Shown here: one piece after another, positions 60,129 through 64,000 of the stretch
Layout: the number at the start of each line of letters is the position of its first letter
How positions within the stretch are numbered: the first letter of the stretch is position 1
Assembly (NCBI RefSeq): GCF_964204645.1
Contig: NC_134031.1
Coordinates: 14,185,807-14,249,806 of the forward strand
Length of the DNA stretch: 64,000 nucleotides
Source of the DNA: Tubulanus polymorphus
Taxonomy: Eukaryota; Animalia; Nemertea
Reading direction: 5' to 3'
The notes under the pieces: model-generated
Told to the model about the DNA's origin: nothing
The model's database searches: none
Seen by the model: only the letters and a program-made list of their open reading frames with translations
Made by a program: the position numbers and the translations under genes

Positions 60129-62254
60129 AATATATAATTCAAATTAAGACTGTTTGATTGGTTGAAAATATAAAATATATGAGTTAAAAAATAGGAATAT
60201 GATAAAATTTAGAACTGGAAGAATGGTACGAGTGTACGAATTGGAAGAATGGTACGAATGGTACGAGTTCTTCCAATTCTTCCAATTCGTACACTTATAC
60301 ACAATTCATATTTCATCTAAATTCTATGACATTTCAAATTATAATTCTATTTTATTCTATAAATTTATATTCAGTGTAAGATTTTTAAACTGTTTAAATA
60401 TTAAATTGAGTAGATTGTATATTCATAAACTAAATGATAAATTAATAGACTGTTAAATTGGTTGAAAATATAAAATATATTGGTTGAAAATGTAAAAAAC
60501 ATTGTATAAATATTAGTTCATTAAAAAAAGGGGTTTAGGTATTAATAGTATTAATACGTATTAAATACGTATTATGTTTTATTTCTGAAATTGAAGTCTC
60601 AGAAGTAATTTAGAACCTTTTTCAATTTATGAAATATATGACATTGTAATTCTTTACGCATACTAGAATAATATAAGAGTGATATTAGTTAGTTAGTTTA
60701 TTGATTTTTTAATTGAATTCTAGTCAATTCTTTTTTAACAATATAGAATGAATAGAAATCAAAAAGATTTAAAAAGAAATTAAATAACTTTAACTGCTAG
60801 TAGTTTCTATTTAATTTCTTTTTAAATCTTTTTGATTTCCATAGACTTCAATTAAAAAATCAATAAACTAACTAACTAATATCACTCTTGTATTATTCTA
60901 GTATGAATACAAATACAAATATTAAACTCATACAAATATAAATATCAAAATATGTTTAAAACATAAATTAATTCAATCACTTTACTCACACTTTTTATGT
61001 TTGAAATTGATTTCAATTCTAACAACTCGTTAATTACTCGTTACTTTTTTAAAATATGAATTATTTCTCACACTTCACTCACACTTTTTATAATTAATAT
61101 ATAATCGATTTTCATATATATGATATTCATATAAATAATGTTCATTTATATGAATATTATTAGAGTAATGGGGTAAATAGGCTTTCATAACAAAGGTTGA
61201 AGGGTTAAGTGAGTGAAAAATAAAGAATTTGAAGAATTTGAATTTTTAAAGAAAACGCGAGCGTGCGAGAATTTATTTTTATTTTTATGAGCTCGACCCT
61301 TCGACCTTTGGTATGAAAGCCTATTTATACAATTACTGGGGTTTTACACATTGTCTCGAATAACCGAGCCTAGGCAGTCTTGACTTAAGCATGTCCAACC
61401 GTGGGTTCAATTTCAAAACAATTCGACTCCTAAATTGATTCGATTTCTTCATTTTACAGTCAAACTTGCTCTTATGACGTCATTAGTTGAGACGATCTTT
61501 TTTTAAACGACTCTTGACGAAGAATCAAATTAAGATAATGCTGTTTCAGTTGTTCGTGAAACTGGAAGTTTACTTCAATTGTAAGCACATACACGGAAAT
61601 GCCAATAACCAAGCACAGCAGGCGTAAATAGTAGACCGTGGAACTAGGCCAAGGTCAGTGCAAACCATGTGTATCGTCTACTACAATCAGTTCTATAAAA
61701 AACCTCGTAAACCTCGTCGTGTAAAGGATTTTAGTCAACAGACAGATCTGATCGTATATTTTAGCTCCTTGAAATTAATCAGCATTGTTCGTCGCAGCCC
61801 GTGTTATCAGCGGAGTTGAAGAGAATTCTAAATAGAATTCTCATTAAAATGAAGAAGTTGATTTTTATTAGATAAATTCTCGCCGTGAAGTTTAGATATC
61901 GCGTGGCACGTGTTCTATAGTAAATATTGAAATTTCAGCTCATTTGTCGTCGTGTTCGACGCGTTCAAAAATTCCTCGAGTAAAATAAAGCCGGCGTGTA
62001 TAGTAAATATGAAGGTTTGAAATTAATCGCATCTGACAGCACGGGGTAATATTTTGATTGATGGCGATGGTGAGTGATTGTGTGTGATAGATCTGAATCT
62101 GATGATCGTGCTCGACGCGGCACTGATGACTGCGCGCCTATGCTACGCGTTTCTTCTTCTCGATGATTCTCATTAATTAATGATCAATCACGCGCAGACG
62201 ATTCGGGCGGGCGCGGGGAGACTGATCAATATCTATCAGATGGTTAAGGAAGGA

Positions 62255-62655
62255 AGATATAGGGAGATACAGGGAGAGAAAGAGAGGGAGAGAGAGATGG
62301 AAGAGTGAAGGAGAGAGCGGGGTGGGGATGATTGATATAGGGGGATTGAGATAAGATGGAATGGTAGAAAATGGTTCGAAGCCTAGAGGAGAGAGGGAGA
62401 CTGGAGAGTGAGGTGAGATAGCAGAGAGGGGAGTGAGACGAGCGATAATAGGGATAGAGGGGAGAGGGGAGGAGAAAAGGAGATGAGAGGGATGTGAAAG
62501 ACTGGAGAGTGAGTTGAGAGAGAGGGGAGGGGGCGGGGACTGGAGGGAGGGGAAAGGGGAGAGAGGTGGGACATCTGAGAGACTGGAGATTGAGGTAAGA
62601 GAGGTTGAGAGCGGATAGGGAAATTGAAGGGAGATAGTGGAGAGAGACAGAGACT
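62255..62655. repeat. Purine-rich (GA) low-complexity tract
   Basis: Nearly pure G/A on the + strand; explains the Ser/Pro/Leu-rich minus-strand ORFs. Confidence 0.85.
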
Positions 62656-64000
62656 GGAATTCTCTGATTCTCCAATTAGCTTCATTTGTAGACGATTCAG
62701 TGAACAAATTGCTCGACTTTAAAATCGCTTAAAACAAACCTCACCACACCGACTGCTGCTATATAATCATTCCACCCGAATGAAATCAATTTGCAGAAAA
62801 TATGATGCGATTCATCGTTCTACCGCTTGTCGACTCGCTGCCTGTTCCCCAGACGCGCTCGTTCATTCAACTATCATCGTTTATATCGAACGCCTTTCGA
62901 ACGGACTGTGAAAATATTCATTCGGAATTAAATCATTCGTAATTAATTTACATTTCGCCCGGCGTTTTGGTGATTAATTTCAATTTTCCATCGACAAGCG
63001 TTTCATTGATTAGTTTTGGTTTTACGTTCGACCGAGCCGAAATTCCGTACTTTTTGATCTTAAAATAGGGATTGTCCCTGTTATTTATTTGGTGGATAAA
63101 TTTTGTTTGATTTGTTTTGATTGAGTGAGTGTCCCTTACAGACCCACCACACCTGCCGGGAGCGAAACAGGGGGTTTGATTTTGAAATCGGAAATCGAAG
63201 TACATATATAGTTGTGTGATCGGCGGTCGAGTTTACAGAATTTTTTGTTTGAATCGAAGTACATAATTGGGATATTCGGTTCCGGTTCATTCAAACAATC
63301 TTCCAACCAGTCTGAACTGGCAAGCGACTGATTGGGGTGAAATTTTCTTGCTGCCTAATTTAATACATCGAAATTTTGGAAATAGTTATATTACAAGGTT
63401 GAAGATCATTTGTCCATTTTTATATTTTTTGGTCGTTTTCTTCGTGTAAATAGTCCGATAATTAAGTTGTTTTTTTCTGGTAGATGTTGATATAGAAAAT
63501 CCGCTAAGTTGATTGTCCCGCGTGTTGACTAGATAGAAAGGAAGCACATTTCAAAACGTAAATTTTCCAGATGAGAGTATGGTCCTTGGGTATCCGAAGT
63601 GTAGTTTATGACATCGACGGTGCAGCTCCGATGAGGATGGGTTTCTCCGTCAAGGGGTGCGCGATCGGTACTTCACATCTGGTGCTGAGTTTGCCTAGAA
63701 GTAAAAGTTTTTACACGGAGAGCAGTTTTGTGTTTCTAATATACAGTGCATGGTTAGGTCTGCGGGTGCGTTGCAATCGAAGGGACAGTACTATGCGCAT
63801 TGATAGACCGTCAGTTAGAAAGCGGCACAGGCACGTGAATATTGAATACATATTTGTACACTAACGTATATACAGTCTTGATCGGGTTTTATTTACAGTC
63901 ACAATTATGTTTTTGGTAGTTTTTAATGAGACTGATGTCAAGAGGCAACTTTCCAGTCATCATTGCGCGCAGATAAACTGAGCTTGCTATCCTAAAGCCA

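Larger units (their letters stand above)
58444..61337. mobile_element. Non-autonomous Maverick/Polinton-type element (2.9 kb)
   Basis: 6-bp TSD ggggtt (58438-58443, 61338-61343); termini AGTAATT..AATTACT; ~390-bp TIRs (58444-58829 / 60925-61337); very AT-rich intronless interior with short ORFs and zinc-finger remnants; no pPolB, integrase or capsid. Confidence 0.8.

Noticed and set aside
62177-62707. Three overlapping Ser/Pro/Leu-rich ORFs on the minus strand
   Set aside because: By-product of a GA-rich low-complexity tract that lacks stops in all frames.
62948-63864. Short ORFs at the window end
   Set aside because: No recognisable domain or consistent exon structure.

Overview
AT-rich, intron-rich eukaryotic (invertebrate animal, probably spiralian; inference) genomic DNA dominated by transposable elements. 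Three host genes can be reconstructed by hand with consistent GT-AG splice phases: an 8-exon FBXO42 (F-box + Kelch; + strand, 25413-44002, 541 aa); a 7-exon minimal secreted astacin metalloprotease (- strand, 55297-47309, 242 aa, including a 19-nt micro-exon); and, head-to-head with the astacin, a 64-aa secreted prepropeptide gene missed by the ORF track (57284-57712: signal peptide, KR site, 24-aa proline-rich peptide, GRR amidation signal). Mobile DNA: the 3' end of a BEL/Pao LTR element inserted into a DIRS element; a 16-kb nest made of a MULE carrying PHD and vertnin-type OTU domains (9-bp TSD), a 12-kb hAT-like element (7-bp TSD) splitting its right TIR, Helentron/HINE elements and a piggyBac MITE; three fold-back Penelope-type mini-insertions, each with a hammerhead ribozyme core and a 12-13-bp TSD; a solo LTR; many MITEs; and a 2.9-kb non-autonomous Maverick/Polinton-type element (AG..CT ends, ~390-bp TIRs, 6-bp TSD) that keeps only small accessory ORFs. 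All coordinates were counted by eye and no database searches were run.
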